From Octopus vulgaris (lineage: Eukaryota): a stretch of 64,000 nucleotides of DNA. This document shows positions 25,001 through 40,000 of the stretch, one piece after another. Within the stretch, counting starts at the first letter, position 1; each line of letters opens with the position of its first letter. The notes beneath the pieces are model-generated. The model saw nothing but the letters and a program-made list of their open reading frames with translations, had not been told where the DNA came from and searched no databases. The stretch lies in assembly GCA_951406725.2 (NCBI GenBank), contig OX597827.1, positions 38,812,001-38,876,000 on the forward strand, given 5' to 3'. The translations under genes and the position numbers were made by a program.

Positions 25001-28000
25001 ATAGCCTTAAGTATATGTACAGTGGCTGGATTCCTCACAAACAAAAATCTATCATGGATGGAACATCTTTACTCGAGGTTGACTCAGGTCTAGATAACCA
25101 CACTATGTGGAGAAGGCAGAAGGAAGATGCTATGGGAAACGTTTGTATAGAGGTGTTAGAAGAGCAAGCTAATCTATCTGAACAAAAGGAGGGGAAAAAA
25201 CAAACTAACAAAAAGAAAACCCCATTTATGATTATTAAACAAAATGGCCAGAAGTTAAAATTCTGACTACATGATAGGCATGACAGATTCTGTGAGCCCT
25301 TAAGGCAAGGCACATAACTCTGCTGATTGTTGTTGGCTTTGAGCCTGCATTATAAAAGATTATACAAGTTAATGATGCTGCAACAGTACCAAAAATCCAT
25401 GTTCTGTGAAGAAACTGAAGACTAATAATGATTGTATGATTATTCTGAGTTCAAATCTAACCAAAACTGGCTTTTTTTTTACATCCTTACAAGGGTGATA
25501 AAACAAGTATCAGTTGACAGAATATGTACTGCAGGGTGTTCAATATAAACCATCTAACCCTAGAAAGCAGTGCCTTAAACACGACCATGTATGAATGAAT
25601 GAACCAATACAAGAATCTATAGTGAATTTCAAAGTTTTCCTGCATTCTAATATTTACATCAATCCTTAAAACACATATGAAACTTTTTTATTAACCAAAT
25701 TTCATTTGTTGCTTATCTAAGCTTAATGATGCCAGCTGATAAACTGTGTACAATGTATAAATGTAGAGATTTTCAGTTGCCATAATTCCAAACCTCACAT
25801 GTAGAAGATAGAAGAGGATGACACAATGAAAGAGAACCAGAGAGACACAGATATTGCTGGTTATACCAAACAATACCACCACCTATTTATTAACCAATCT
25901 CATCACTGGTACTGGCTTCCAGCCAAAAAAACTGCAAGAAAGTCATACTCCAAATAGACGCCAGTATAAGTAGCTTTCATTGAGACTGCAACTTCAAATA
26001 ACTGTTAGATAGGAGGGTTTCATATAAAAGACATTTTTTCTTTTTAAAAGGAATTCAACTTAGTACCTACAATGAATCCTAGCACTTTATTACTAAAAGT
26101 TAAAAAATATTAGAGAGGACCATTTACACAGAATTCAGATTACATGAATCCATACAGACAATCATACCATCACAGAGACAGACTCTATTTTGGTAAATAT
26201 AATAGCATTGTCTTTTTTTTTAAACATGTATAATAGCTTAGGTTACATTTATTTAACTATAATACACTTAACATTTTCAGGTGGAAAAAGATTTAAGAAC
26301 AATTGGTAACAAAAGAAATAAGTAGACTCATGGGAGATAGATAGACAGATTAAAGAGACAGAAAGAAAGAAGGAAAATAAATACAAACCTTATCATTAAG
26401 ATAGACTAAAAAAAAATCTCAAAGAAAATGACATTTTCTCTAAAATAAGAGACAGACTTGCATTACATTATAAAGTACAAACACGAATATTGCAACAAAT
26501 CCAATTTGTATCTAAATGACAGCATCCACTCACACATAATTCCATTTGCATCCATAGTAAAAGTTTGATGTATGTTGTTAATTGAAGAAAAATTTTCAAG
26601 TTAGATAAAGAATTTTGAGTGAAGTACCACATTTAACTCATCTTTTTTTGCTTCCCCCACCTCTCAATGTTTAGAGGTGTGTATTTGCTTACAAAATCTT
26701 AATCCTATTTGAGCAGTTATTTTTACAGCTGGACATCTCTTATATAGCACTAACTATTTGATAATGAAATTAGAAGTGAAGCCTGTTTTGTCAGTCAGTC
26801 GAACTGAAGCAAGTCAAGTTATGTACCTTGCCCAAAGGCACAAGACAAAAATGGCTAGAAATTGTTTGTCTAGTATTTTAAAATCACAGCTATTGTTAAC
26901 CTCCCCATTAAAATTGTTGTTGTTTCTTCAAATGAAATAGAAATGACCCATTCCTAACGTAGTATTCTGCTCAAGGCAAGAATAGGATGATAAACACTAG
27001 ATAGTAAATAGGAACAGACATATAGAGTAATTAATAACCAGTAGGTATCAGCTTGATATGCTTGTATTTAATAAACACAAATGCCACTAAAAGAAATTAG
27101 TGTTTTCTCAAAGAAAACTGAAGAAAAGAGTTGACATGCAAAACTTTTTGAAATAAACTTTTCTTTTAAAACATAATTTCACTGCAGAAAGCGGAAGCAC
27201 AGAACCGCTATTAAGTAAGAGGGTGGGGTTATGACTTGATGAAGGAGAAGTAACGAAGCTAGTAGTAGTGGTGGTGGGGAATGGGTGAAATACAACCTCA
27301 CAAGGGATGAGGAGTAATGTGGGACATGGCCTGGGATGCATAACATAATGCAGGAGAAATAATGATATTACAACCAACTCCATTGTGAGTAGACAATTAA
27401 CACACAAACTTATTAGGGGAGAATAAATGGAAGCACAATCTCAGTACCTGGCATGAGAAACATTGCAACATTAAAGCAGAACCTCCTGTGAAGGTAGAGC
27501 ATTTGGGGGCACAGAGGGTGAAAGAAACCTTAGTGACATGCCCACACCCTTGTAGACAGGAAGAGAGATCTTCCAATTTAGTTGAAGGAAAGACTCTATT
27601 ACATCAAATGAGGGAGAGATTTCACTCAAGTAGATGAGAAATAAGGAAACAGACAGAAAGAAGTGCTGCTGTTGGAAAGGTGGTTGTGGCTGATCTTACG
27701 ACAAAGAAATATTTCAATTTTCAATAGTTAATATTTTTTTAAAGGTTTGGATATAAATTTTTAATAATATTTTTTTTGTGTGTCTTCCTCCTATTTTGTT
27801 ATAAATGACAGCTGCTATTGTCTACATTGCCAACTCATTTCTGTAGAATAGGTAGAAAAATATACTGTATATATGTGTATGTGTGTGTGTATACTGACAC
27901 CAACACATATACATATACACGAAATACACAAAAATTCAAATAAATATAAAAAAGAAAGAAAGAAAAAAGAACAAACACAAAAACCACGTTAATGAAAACT

Positions 28001-31000
28001 TTAGAAATACTTATGCTTAAGACGAAGAGATAACAATAAAATGGAAGAGAATGTGCATTGTCATTAGTATTCGCAGTCCTGTACACAGCAGCTGGGGCAG
28101 TGTTGGCCTGCTATACTTACGATGATGGTTGTGGTGAAAAGAAACAAAAGTTGGTATCTTGCCTTTACCTGGGGGCGCCACCATCCTCTGCCACTTCTGG
28201 AACAGTGTCGTCTTCAGGCAGTCGCGTGGATTCAGTCCGTAGGCTTTGTGACGGGACATCAACTCCTGCATTGGTTCAAGAATCACACACAGCTGTAAAA
28301 AGAAAAAGATGGAAACTATGCAAAGTTATGTATGCAATGACCAAATGCTACAGAATTAACCCGTTAGCATTTAAACTGGCCAGATCTGGCCTATCACACC
28401 TACCCTACAACGTCATAAAAAAAATTAACAGTTGCCTCATCAAAATCTCATAGCTACAAGATACTTTTTTACTTGTTTCAGTCCTTTGACTGCGGCCATG
28501 CTGGAGCACCGCCTTTAGTTGAGCAAATCAACCCCAGGACTTTGGAGGAACAAACATAGACACACAACGGGCTTCTTCCAGTTTCCATCTACCAAATCCA
28601 CTCACAAGGCTTTGGTCGGCTGAGGCAATTAGAAGACACTTGCCCAAGGAATCATGCAGTGGGACTGAACCCGGAACCATGTGGTTGGTAAGCAAGCTAC
28701 TTACAACACAGTTACTCCTGCACATGATTAATTCAAATCAATGTGAATAAAAAAAGCATTACTTTTGATAGAACAATGTGAATGCTAAAGGGTTAACTGA
28801 ATTAACTGAAAGAGTAAGAGCAACACCTATGATTGCTAGAATGTTGAGGGGAAAGAGAGGAAGAAACCATTACTTGTGGGTTTATCTTCAGGAACCTTAA
28901 TATTTGTAATGTAGTGGATTCTGATATAGTTGTTTCGATGGACTTCTGCAGTTTCCATTAACTAAATTTTATTCATAAGGCTGAGATCAACCCAAAGCTA
29001 TGGTAGTAGACAGCTCACAAAGCACAGTACAGTGGGATCAAAAAAATTTACTACAATACTTTGCCATTGTTGTAGGGGTCCCCTTTCCACAAGTTATCTG
29101 GCGACTATGAAGCAACAAATATTGTTTCTAATTTTGAAGGGAGGGAGCAATTTTGAAGGGAGGGAGTTAGTTGATAACACCAACCCTAGTATTTGTCTGG
29201 TACTTTATTTTATTGACTCTAAAAGGAGAAACAACAATGCTGACCTAGGCAGGATTTGAACTCAGAACAAGGACAAATATATCAAGTTAGTTTTTCTTTT
29301 TTGATGCTTAAACAGTTTTGCTAGGGGTGAGATCATCAATACCATTACCCCCACCTCCTGCTTCAATGGTACTTTATTTTATTGACCACCCAGGAAGATA
29401 AAAGGCAAAGTTGAGCTCAGCAGTAATAGATCTCAGAATGTAGTGTTGAAACAGCATTTTGTTCGATGCTCTAATGACTGCTAGCTCACTGCCTAATAAT
29501 AATAATAATAATAATGATTTTAAATGTTGGCACAAGGCCAGCTATTTTGGGGGAGTGGGTAAGTCAATTCCATTGGCTCCAGTGCTCAACTGGTACTTAT
29601 TTTATTGGCCCCGAAGGGATGAAAAGCAGTTGGCCTCAGCGGAGTTTGAACTCAGAACGTAAAGACAGACGAAATGCTGCTAAGCATTTTCCCTGGCATG
29701 CTAATGATTCTGCCACCCTGCTGCCTGAATCTTTTTTACTATAAGAACAAGGCTTAAAATTTTCGGGGAAGGGGCTAGTTGATTACATTAACTCCACCCC
29801 ACTCTACTGGTACTTATTTCATCAACCCCAAAAGGATGGAAGGCAAAGTTGATCTAGTGGAATAATAATAATAATTTATCAGCATCAGTGATTTGAATTC
29901 AAAAGTTCAGAGGTCAATGAGTACTAGTGAGCTAATACTCAATCACTAACACTTCCATTGTATGAAAGAAATTAATTAAGACAGTGAGTTTACTTATAGT
30001 TGCTCAGTAGCATCACACAATTCCCTCACACTCAGTAGTGCCTTTAAATTGGGGACAGTGACTGACAAATTGTGTGCTGGAAGTCTTGTTGGATCAGAGC
30101 TGATCTAGGAAAAACAGCACCATACACATATATTGTTGATAATATATGTAGTAGATTATTGGGTTCCCCTGCAGTACCTTGGGCAAATGTGTTCCCCTAT
30201 AATCTCAGGTTATCAAATGCTTTGTAAATGGAAACTTCAGAAGCATGCTCTGTTGTGTTTGCGTGTGTGTGTGCATTTGAATGTTTACATTCTGCATTGA
30301 GCTACAAATAAGTTCTTGATGTCCCCTATCAACAAAATTGTTCTCTATCCCACCACTTTTGAAGAAGAGAGGAATGAAAAATTCCTTACTTGAAAAGCAT
30401 GTCATGGGTAAGGGCATCCTGCTGTAAAACAATGCCTCCATAATATGTATTTGTAGAGCAACCAGTCCTTGCAAGAACTAGTATAGTTCTAGCCAGGTAT
30501 GTAATGCATTTGATAGAATAGTGGCATATCATATACTATATTTATCATGAATGAGGTGATCTGCATGAGCAGGTGGGATGAATAACAGATACAATGAAAC
30601 ATACTGAGTGGATGAAACACCGTTGAAATCAGTGCACATAATTTGAAGTGACAGTGGCTTAGAGTGAAGAATCTTTGGAAAACAACTTGGGAAACGTTTT
30701 AGCTCTATACAATTAGACATATACAAAGCCTATGCAAAAATGGCTTGAAATAGGGGTAATGAAATTTTCTAGGCAGGGTTGTTCATATAACAATCAATGT
30801 AATAATATTAAATACAGACCGTTTTGTAGAAGCTGTTAATATCTTTAATTTGCAACATCTTTAAATTCCAGCATTGAAACTACAATTAAATAAGCATTTG
30901 ATGGAAGCACTGTGCACAGTCTTTAGTGACATGACAGTGCCAATAGTAATTTGTCACTTTATTACTAGATCACAAACATTGGAGGTGGGTAGAGTCAATC

Positions 31001-34000
31001 TAAGTTAACCATAGTATAAACCCAAAAAGATAAAAAGCAAAGTTGCTATGGTGAGATTTGAACTCAGAATGCAATAAAGACCTGACTAAATACTAAATAC
31101 TGCTATCACTAATAACAACAGTTAGTTTTGACCTCAGTAGATTACTGGATGCATGAAAGGCAGAGAGTAGCAAGGTTTGAACTTTTTAAAAATAACTAAA
31201 AACCACAAAACATTTCTCAAAGCACACAACCATTTCAGTCTACTACACCTAATAATAATAATAATTAATTAGTAATGTGAGCTAGGTTTCATATGAAAGT
31301 TCTGTGTGCTGATAACTTCTGTCATTTCAGAAGAAGCTATGCTCAGATGCAGGAAAGAAGTAGTTAGGAAGTACACAGGAGGTACATTGAGATCACAGGC
31401 AGAATAACAGAGAAGAAAATATTGGTACGTAGAAGATGCACCAGGGTAGTTAGCAGTAAGAACATCAGTGAAAGAAATTCTTTCAAGTATCAGGATGACT
31501 GTCCAGAACTATTAGCAATGGAGGCAGATGCCCAGAAAGCAGAATAACCAGAGTAACAACAGTATGGAAAAAAATTCAGGAGTCATTACTGCTGATATCA
31601 ACAAAAGGTTTCTCTCTCTGAGTAACGGGCAGATTATGAGACTTGCATATGAGGTGTTATGTTGCATGAAATCTAGAAAGAAATGATTTGAGCTTGTTTG
31701 GCTGGATTATGTTAGTGTCTATGAATGATGAAGCATGTAAGAAGTGCCAGGTGATCTAGGTGGAAGAACCCTACTCTCAGGATATTGAACCTCATGGAGG
31801 AGGCAGTCAGTTTCCATCTGTTCATGTAAGCATGGATGTAAAAATGATGATGAATAACATTGATATTTGATATATCACACAAGGTTTCACATTTTGGAAA
31901 CACTAACTTATAGTTAGCCACAGTACTTGATTTAATTGGCTCTCACAAAGATGAAATGTAAAGGGATGTAACTAAAAGGATGTTACCCTACTGATTCTGC
32001 CACTCACTACCCCCATCTAAAAATAAAAATAAATACAAATTAATATAAAGGCCAGTTATAGAATAGTTTTCACAAGCACTGAGTGTTGCACCACCAACAA
32101 ATGAGTTATTAGATAGCTACCATACCTTCAAAAAATGGGAACACAGGGGTGACAGTGGAAAATTACTGTGAAGATATAAGACAGGGACTTGAAGGCTGTA
32201 GAATTCTGTCACTTCTGCTGCCAGGTGTTTGAATGACATCAGGGGACCCTCCTCTAATTGAATGCTATTGTATAGTCTTTCTCACATGACAGGCCCTTGG
32301 AGGCATAATAACAATGTTACATTGAAAGAGGAGGGAGTTAGAAAAAAAATTACGGGTATCTATGAATTATTGATGCTAGTGACTACCAAACTGTACAGGA
32401 ACGACCAGACACCTGTTCCATGGTATTCCATAAACCAAGTACATAAATAACTCCACTTTGCCTGGTTCAGGGGCCTAGTGATAGCAACACCCACTGGTCA
32501 TGCAAGCAGTCATTGATCCAGCATAAAAACCATGTTACTCTTGCAAGCAGAGAAAGATTACCAACAGAAGATCAAAGTTTCCATCAGCTCAGGCAGTAAA
32601 GCTTATAACAATTTGTAAAGGATATTATCATAAGAGAAAAGTGCTTTATGCTAACATGGGGAACTGTATGCGAAACACTATGGCAGTAAGGGAGCTTAAT
32701 AAAGAGCTCTCATCAAATAAGGTTATTTTAAAAATTTATCATATATTGCAAATGGCAAACAGGTGCCATTGTCTTAAGTCCCTCGATTATTGGTTCACAG
32801 CATTTCTGTTCATGGCAGAAACGACAAAGGTGTGTGAATAGCTTAATACAATATGCTTTCCATACAGTTTCTGCCGACCAAATCCTTCCTAATTCCGGGA
32901 TAATAGAAGACACTTGCCCAAGCATTGCACAGTGGGTCAGAACCCAAATGACATGCTATCAATTATTAAATTCTGGTGTAATAGTGGGGTGACAGATAGA
33001 AGCTTTAATGAATTACATTTATCTCGTGGATGTTTCAGCAGTTACTTGCTCACTCATAAGATATCTGTTACTCAATACACATAAACACCCACATGTATTG
33101 TTCATTTATTTAAGATCCATTCTTCCATGGTAGCAGAGGTTAAATGGAGGCAGTGTTTTAGAGCTTATTGCTAACCCATGTGTTTTTTGTCTCAGGAATT
33201 GTCAACATGACTGCTTTTGCTCATGTGGTTTCATGCTTAGATGCCACACAATGTAACCATCCACACGACAGGTTTCCATGCAGTCTGTTTACCAATTCCA
33301 CTCACAAGGCATTGGTTGATAAAGGGCTATAGTAGAAGACCCAAGGTGCCACAGAGCAGGATTGAACCTGAAACCACTTGAAGCAAACCTGACCACACAC
33401 CCATGCCTGGATCACACACACACACACAAATAAAAAGGTACTAGATCGGAATTGATATGATTAACTAAAATACTTGAAGGTATGACCCCAGATTGTCTGC
33501 AGTCTAATAATAAGTGTTCTGCTTTTGCTGAGGGTCTTTGCTGTCTGGTTACTCAGAACCCCCCCCCCAACAATCTATCTCATTCTTCCCCATGATATAT
33601 AACTTTATTTACAAACATCTTTCTGTATTACAAGTAGGGAAGGTTGAGCAATAGAAATGCTTCTACAGCAAGGTTGTCTTAGTGTTAATCACACAACAGT
33701 AAAGTAAGGAAATTGAAAAAATTTTATTTCATTAATACTGTTAAATTGGAGTAAGCAGAGTTGTGTGCCTTGGCCAAGGGAACAAGCACAATGGCAATAG
33801 TAGTAAGTGGTTATTCTTTTACATGTTTCAGTCATTTGACTGTGGCCATGCTGGAACAAGATTAAAAAGATTTTTTTTTTAATGACAGCTATCAGTGGAA
33901 CAAGCACTTTAACCTCAAAGTCAATGTATCTCATTGTTAGTATTTACTGGCACTGAAAGTTGCTGAATACCTGGTATTTGAATATATTAATACTTCTCCA

Positions 34001-37000
34001 TGCAGTTTGGGCCTAGACATATGGGTTAAAAAAACAAAACAAACTAACAAAAACTGTCAGCTGTGTTGCCTTCCCTAATGGTGTGGCAATGGCCACATGC
34101 AGAGTCCCAGGAATTTTTCGATGGGAGGACACAAGATCAGAAGGGAATATAATTCCCAAAGAAAAGGGTGTAATAACATTATCTAGAAGGGCACACTTCT
34201 TTCTTGGAGTGGGGTGTGTGGGGATGGGAAGAATCCACTCCCCTCCAGACTTGCTAAAATGATAAAATCTTCAGTAATTATTCCCTTTACAGCACAAGCA
34301 AAAAAAAACGAACAGGCCAACAAAGGACTTCCTTGTGCTTGCTCAGTCTGCTAGAAATAGCAAAAATAAAGGACACATCATATAATGCAGCCCCTGATAT
34401 ACAAAAACACAGGATGGCCATGGCTGGAATAGATCGGTAGCAACAGCAGTAAATTCAGAATGCCACAACAGTGGGTACATTTGATACAATGCACAGTATT
34501 GCAAAAAGCAATGCAGGTTGTATCTATTGTCTCTCCAATTTTTAAAGCAAATATTTGCTTTATACAAAAAAGTCAACTAAATCTTCACAATATCATGGTT
34601 AGTCCACATTACTCTGTAAGGAGCATTGAGTCAGTTTCCCTGGAAGGGACATTGGTTCATTGCAGAATTACTCATTTTTAGAAGCTGAGTGGACCAGTGA
34701 AATGAAATGTTTCGCTCAAGATCACAACACATCACTCAATCCAGGAATCAAAACCACAATCTTGCGATCATGAGTTCAACACACTAACCACTAAGCCATA
34801 CACCTCCACTTATATTTATATATACATATGTTAAATACATATCATCAGATTTTATGCAGGCAGTATACATAATAAAAATAGTTGTTCTTCACAATCTAAG
34901 GTGGAAGAGGCTCCAAAGCTGGTGCTATCAACTTCCTTAATGCTGACTGTCAAAATAATATATAGTTCTAGTCACTACTAGTACTAACTACAACTATCAC
35001 TATTAATAAGGCTCTTACACTACAAGAAGTTGCAGCTCACTAATTTATTAGACATATTTTTGTAATTCTGGTTACAAACAAAAGAAAAACAATAGTGTGG
35101 AGAAATTACTCACCCGTAAAAAGTTAAGTGTATAATTTGTCAGACCCTGTCTAGTAATATTTTTACTTAATTGTTCAACCATAGCAGGATCTTGCTGTAA
35201 AAGAAAGAAGAAAAAAATCATTTTGCATATTTAGTATATATGTACACACACACACATATAAAAACAGATGCTTACATCTATACACGTCTATCTATCTATC
35301 AAGAATGGGAAGGGAAGTAAAAATTCCTTTAACAACTGTCACATTGCAACTGTGACCATATAATAGCATAAACATATCCTGTGTTAAGTTTTTCAAAGAT
35401 ACTGACCACATATGTCTGTTGAATAGCCATGCTTTATGTGTTTGTCATTTATACTCAAGAAACATTTAAATGTTTAAACTTGAAAAATGTTTTAGCCATA
35501 TTTTAAACATTAATTTGTATATAGATAGATGATCAAAGCAATTAAGTATACAGTAGTATTTATAAACCAACAAAACAAGACAACCTAGAACAGCAAGGTC
35601 TTAATTTTTTATCTCCCACATTTAACCACTTCATTCTTATACAAAGTAATTCCTATGCAGATATGGGTTGACCAAGTCTATAAATTTCAGATGTATCTTC
35701 ACAACACTTGGTGGAGAACATATTTTTTACAGTTAGATGCTCTATATGTAACCATTCAACCAAGAAATTGGGCGTGTCAAACCGGAGCAAAACGGAGTTA
35801 TGTACCTTAGGTGACCATCATATTCTGTTGCGAGTCATTGGACTGCTTCTTCAATGGTTTATTCCATTTTTTATTTGACCGTTATTATTCTAGCATATCA
35901 AACAACAACATTGAACAACCATGGACAAACTGCAGCCCATGCTGAATGGAAGAGCCATGTCCCTTACAGCCTGCTTATCAAAAGAGGTTGTCTATGCTTG
36001 ACAGAGAAGCTTCTCTATTGACTTGTCTGTACAGAACATGATCAGTATAGTGTGGAGTAAAGTGTTTTACCTACCCTAAATTGTGACATAAGCTTAATAA
36101 GTGGAATATTTAATGATGTAGAAGTATTCATCTAATTGAATTTGAAGATGACGATGACAACAATGAGTCTGTGTGTCATCAGCTATCATGACCATTTCTA
36201 AAAGAAATCCAGAGTTAATAAACATGACAGGTAGCCCAACACATTAGTTACAACATTATCAAATAACACTACAATAACGTCTGTATCATCATATGCTCAG
36301 ACCATACTAAAATAGGTCTCCCATGCCAACTTAAAGGTTGGAGCTTAATTCTAAAGTTAATCTAGATGAGAAATATAAATCTCTCCCAGGATAGAATATC
36401 AATCAATTTGCAAACAACATTTCAATATTATCAGAGAATGAAGTGCTCTGACCAGAAACAATAAAATACTGCAGTAGATTTGAACTGATGACCAATAAGC
36501 AGGTAGTCCAATACCTTAATTATACAGCACTTGGCTATCCCATCTCATTATCACTACAGATATTGCATTGTGCTATACTACACGGCACAGAACCATCGTT
36601 CATGATTTGTGTACACATGTATTTATATCAAATATGCATACAGTTTTTTATATGCTGGTGCCATGTGAAAAGCACTCAGCACACTCTGAAAAATGGTTGG
36701 CATTAGGAAGGGCATCCAGCTGTAGAAATCATGTCAAAACAGACAATCGGATCCTGGTGCAGCTCTCCGAGCTGCCCAGCCTGTTCCAGCACAGAAAACG
36801 AATGTTAAATGATGATATATATATATATATATATATATATGAGAATGTGAGAGTGGGAGAAAGCAGAAGGGAGATATGCCAATAAGTTCACAGGAATAGC
36901 GTGCCATTTTTATAAAATAAGAAAGAGAGAATAAGAAACATTACCTGCATTGCTATTACACTTCTTGGAATTAATTCTCGATGTTGTCTGGTAGCAAAAT

Positions 37001-40000
37001 GCCATGATCGAATTCTCATGAGGTCATCAAATGTAAATTCTAAAATCAATCTTCCTTCAGTGACTACCTGTAGAATTGGATAAAAGAGAGTTCATGAGTT
37101 CATGACATCTTCCATTTTTATATATGCACACACACAAACACAAACACATTCATTAACTATTCTGATGCCAACCCATCTGAAACAACCTCTGAGTTTCAAG
37201 ATATATAATTGTTCATGTTTGAAAGTGTTGACTATAAAGTTAAAATACTACATCATAATTTTGTGACCAGTTCCATAATAGAAAAAAAATCATACTATTA
37301 CCTAACCACAAATTCTTATATATAAGTTGCAATGATAAATAACTCACACTTTCCCATTGTGTTTGCAACATTATAAACAAAATGGATTTGATTCATCCAT
37401 GAGCTGCATGCTACTTTTCATGAACATGGATTGCAGCTTTGTACTTACTCCAAAGCTTTTACTCTAATAGCCCTGGAAACCATTTGCATGTTACATCCTT
37501 CTTTTTTGCCTTCTCCCCTACCAATCTCTCACTAATCATTTCAACAAACAAAACATTCTTAGCATTATGGTTTCCATGCTCTTTAACATATTCAATAATA
37601 CATAACTTAAAACCAGCCAAACAACTCAAAAGGTTTACAATTTAGTCACTTTTTTCTATGAGAAAATATTTTTTAACAGAATTATTTTAACATTTCTAGC
37701 TACAAATCTGTGTATATGTAGGCAAGATGTTTCGACACAGTTTCTTTTGTTGACGGTCCCGGCTAATAAATTTTCTCTTGTTTACCCCTGTCAGTTTAAA
37801 CATCTACACCATACAGACTTCCTAGGTAGTTATCTATATTCTTCTCAGCATTAAGTGGATGAAGTAAATCTCTTGTATGAAAAATTGGTCAAGCACAAGT
37901 TTAAATATTTCTCTCACAGGAGGAATCAAACTCAGTACTAAAAGCCAATGGATTGAGTTAATTTTACAATGAATGATTACTATGGTGAATGAACCTGTTT
38001 GAGAGTTGAATGTCTGGACCACAAACACAATACAATGTCAGTAGCCAAATGCAAATCACAGATCTCATCTTGTTACCTAGTAAATATCTCACCAATTTTG
38101 GCCATGCGCATTCTTACATACACATAACATGCTCATTGTCTCAAAGCAATAAGAAAGCTACATTGCTACCCTAATAGCTAGAAATAACAACCAAATCTAT
38201 CTCAAATCACACCCTTCCATGTTAAACACGGAGAAATACATTTGATAATGTAATTCTTATTTAAAAAAATCAAAAAACAAACAAACTTATCTGCTTAATT
38301 AGGGCTGTCCTAGCACCTAAGCATAAAAAAAAAGCAATTTTCTCAACTCCCACTGAACATCCAAATAGGTTTTTCACAATAGATATGAGATAATCTATAT
38401 TTTTGTATGTATACATAAGCAGGAAAACAAATGTCTAAGATGAGTTTTTGACAAATAAAATTTAAATTCAGTTTAGTCAGTACCTTAGTAAACATGGGTT
38501 TGCCATGATGGGTGATCATCATAGCCTGGTCACAGTCTAGTGAAATGGTTGTATTATGGAATGATTCTTTGGGATGTTTTAGTAAGTAGTAGAGATCTGT
38601 TATGCCACCTTCAAATATACTGCGAAAATAGCGAGGTATTAAAGTCCGTCCAATTGCTGAAATGGGGAAAAAAAAGAAAAAGAAAATCAGAAAAGGTTAC
38701 TATGAGTTCAAGGTTAACAAATTCACAAAAGAGTCTAACTTGAGTTCTTTTCAAGAATCTATTCCTAACCAATTTCAGAATGAATGTTAACAGATTGTTT
38801 TGATCTCCAAATCTCTTCAGCTAGTCTTGAATGAAACTTTACACTTCAACCACACGGCTCTGGACTTTATCTCATTGTGTGAAACTTCAGGCAAGTGTCT
38901 TCTGTAATAGCCTTGGTTCAACCAAAGACTTGTGAATGAAGTTTGGTAGATGGAAGTTGAGCTACCAAGTACTGGGGACATTATAATTGACTAAAACCAA
39001 GTCACTTGTAATCCAATGACTGAAACCAGTTAAAAGAGTAAATGAAGTGAATAGCTAGAAGAATCTAGAGCGCAGCAATTTACAGACGATTTGCTGATCG
39101 TTGTTTGATTCTGTCTAGTTTTCATAGAAAGTACACATACACACACAATCTTCCACTATAACTTTTATTGAGCAGTGAGGTCATTCAATTTGTTTAAAAA
39201 GGCGGATAAATTCCTTTCAGATCACACTATTGTCATAAAAAAAGAAAGGACTCATACACTGAGTGAATAGAAGATGGGGTAATATAAATGGAACATCTTT
39301 GGGCGTAAATCTGTTTGGTTCAAAGTTGACCCAAAGCTAAACAATGCAGGCAATGCATTTGAAATAATCTCTCTGCCCTACTGTTGAAATTGATGGTATT
39401 TCAGTAGTGAGGGCCATAAGCGAGGTTAATAAAGTGCTTAAGAAACACATTATAAGTTAACATGTTTAATAAAAAACAGTCTAGTTAATATAATGCTATG
39501 AGATGTGGTGAAGAAATAGGTAATGTGAGAGAAGGAGCTAAGATGTACATTAAGAAGTTCAACTGATCTTAGCTGTTAGGAACATTTGAATTACTATGTG
39601 TGTGTGTGTGTATAAAAAAGAGAGAGGTCAAATGTGACGTGGAGTATCATAAAACTATGGAAACTCACATCATTACAAAGTTTAAGTTCACACTCAACTG
39701 TCAAAATAATCTGGGCTTATCTCTGACTTCAGAAAACAATAAAAGATGAACCACAACCATTACATGTAGATCTTACAAAAAAAAAGTCTAATTGCTAAAC
39801 ATTTATATAGAAACACATGGGAGATATCTAAAAATATAGAAAACCTTACATATATATACACATTCACTTGACAAATACTTTTGAAGTTAAGACTTAGGTC
39901 AGGTTATTAAATCCACTTATTAAATCATATATAGAATGATATGGTTGAGTAGATATTGTAGTGGTTTGTCAGCTTATATCAGAGGAATGCAAATTCACTG

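Noticed and set aside
27108-27185. Acceptor-like ttccgctttctgcag leading to a possible alternative terminal exon (VKLCFKRK...*)
   Set aside because: No convincing donor or other support; indistinguishable from a cryptic site without RNA data.
28058-28453. 131-aa plus-strand ORF, and plus-strand ORFs at 16009 and 38540
   Set aside because: Antisense shadows of LDB exons; the 28058 ORF also runs into a MITE.
29120-29865. Regularly recurring motif resembling a CRISPR or satellite array
   Set aside because: The units are diverged SINE copies of variable length in eukaryotic DNA, with no identical repeats and no cas genes.
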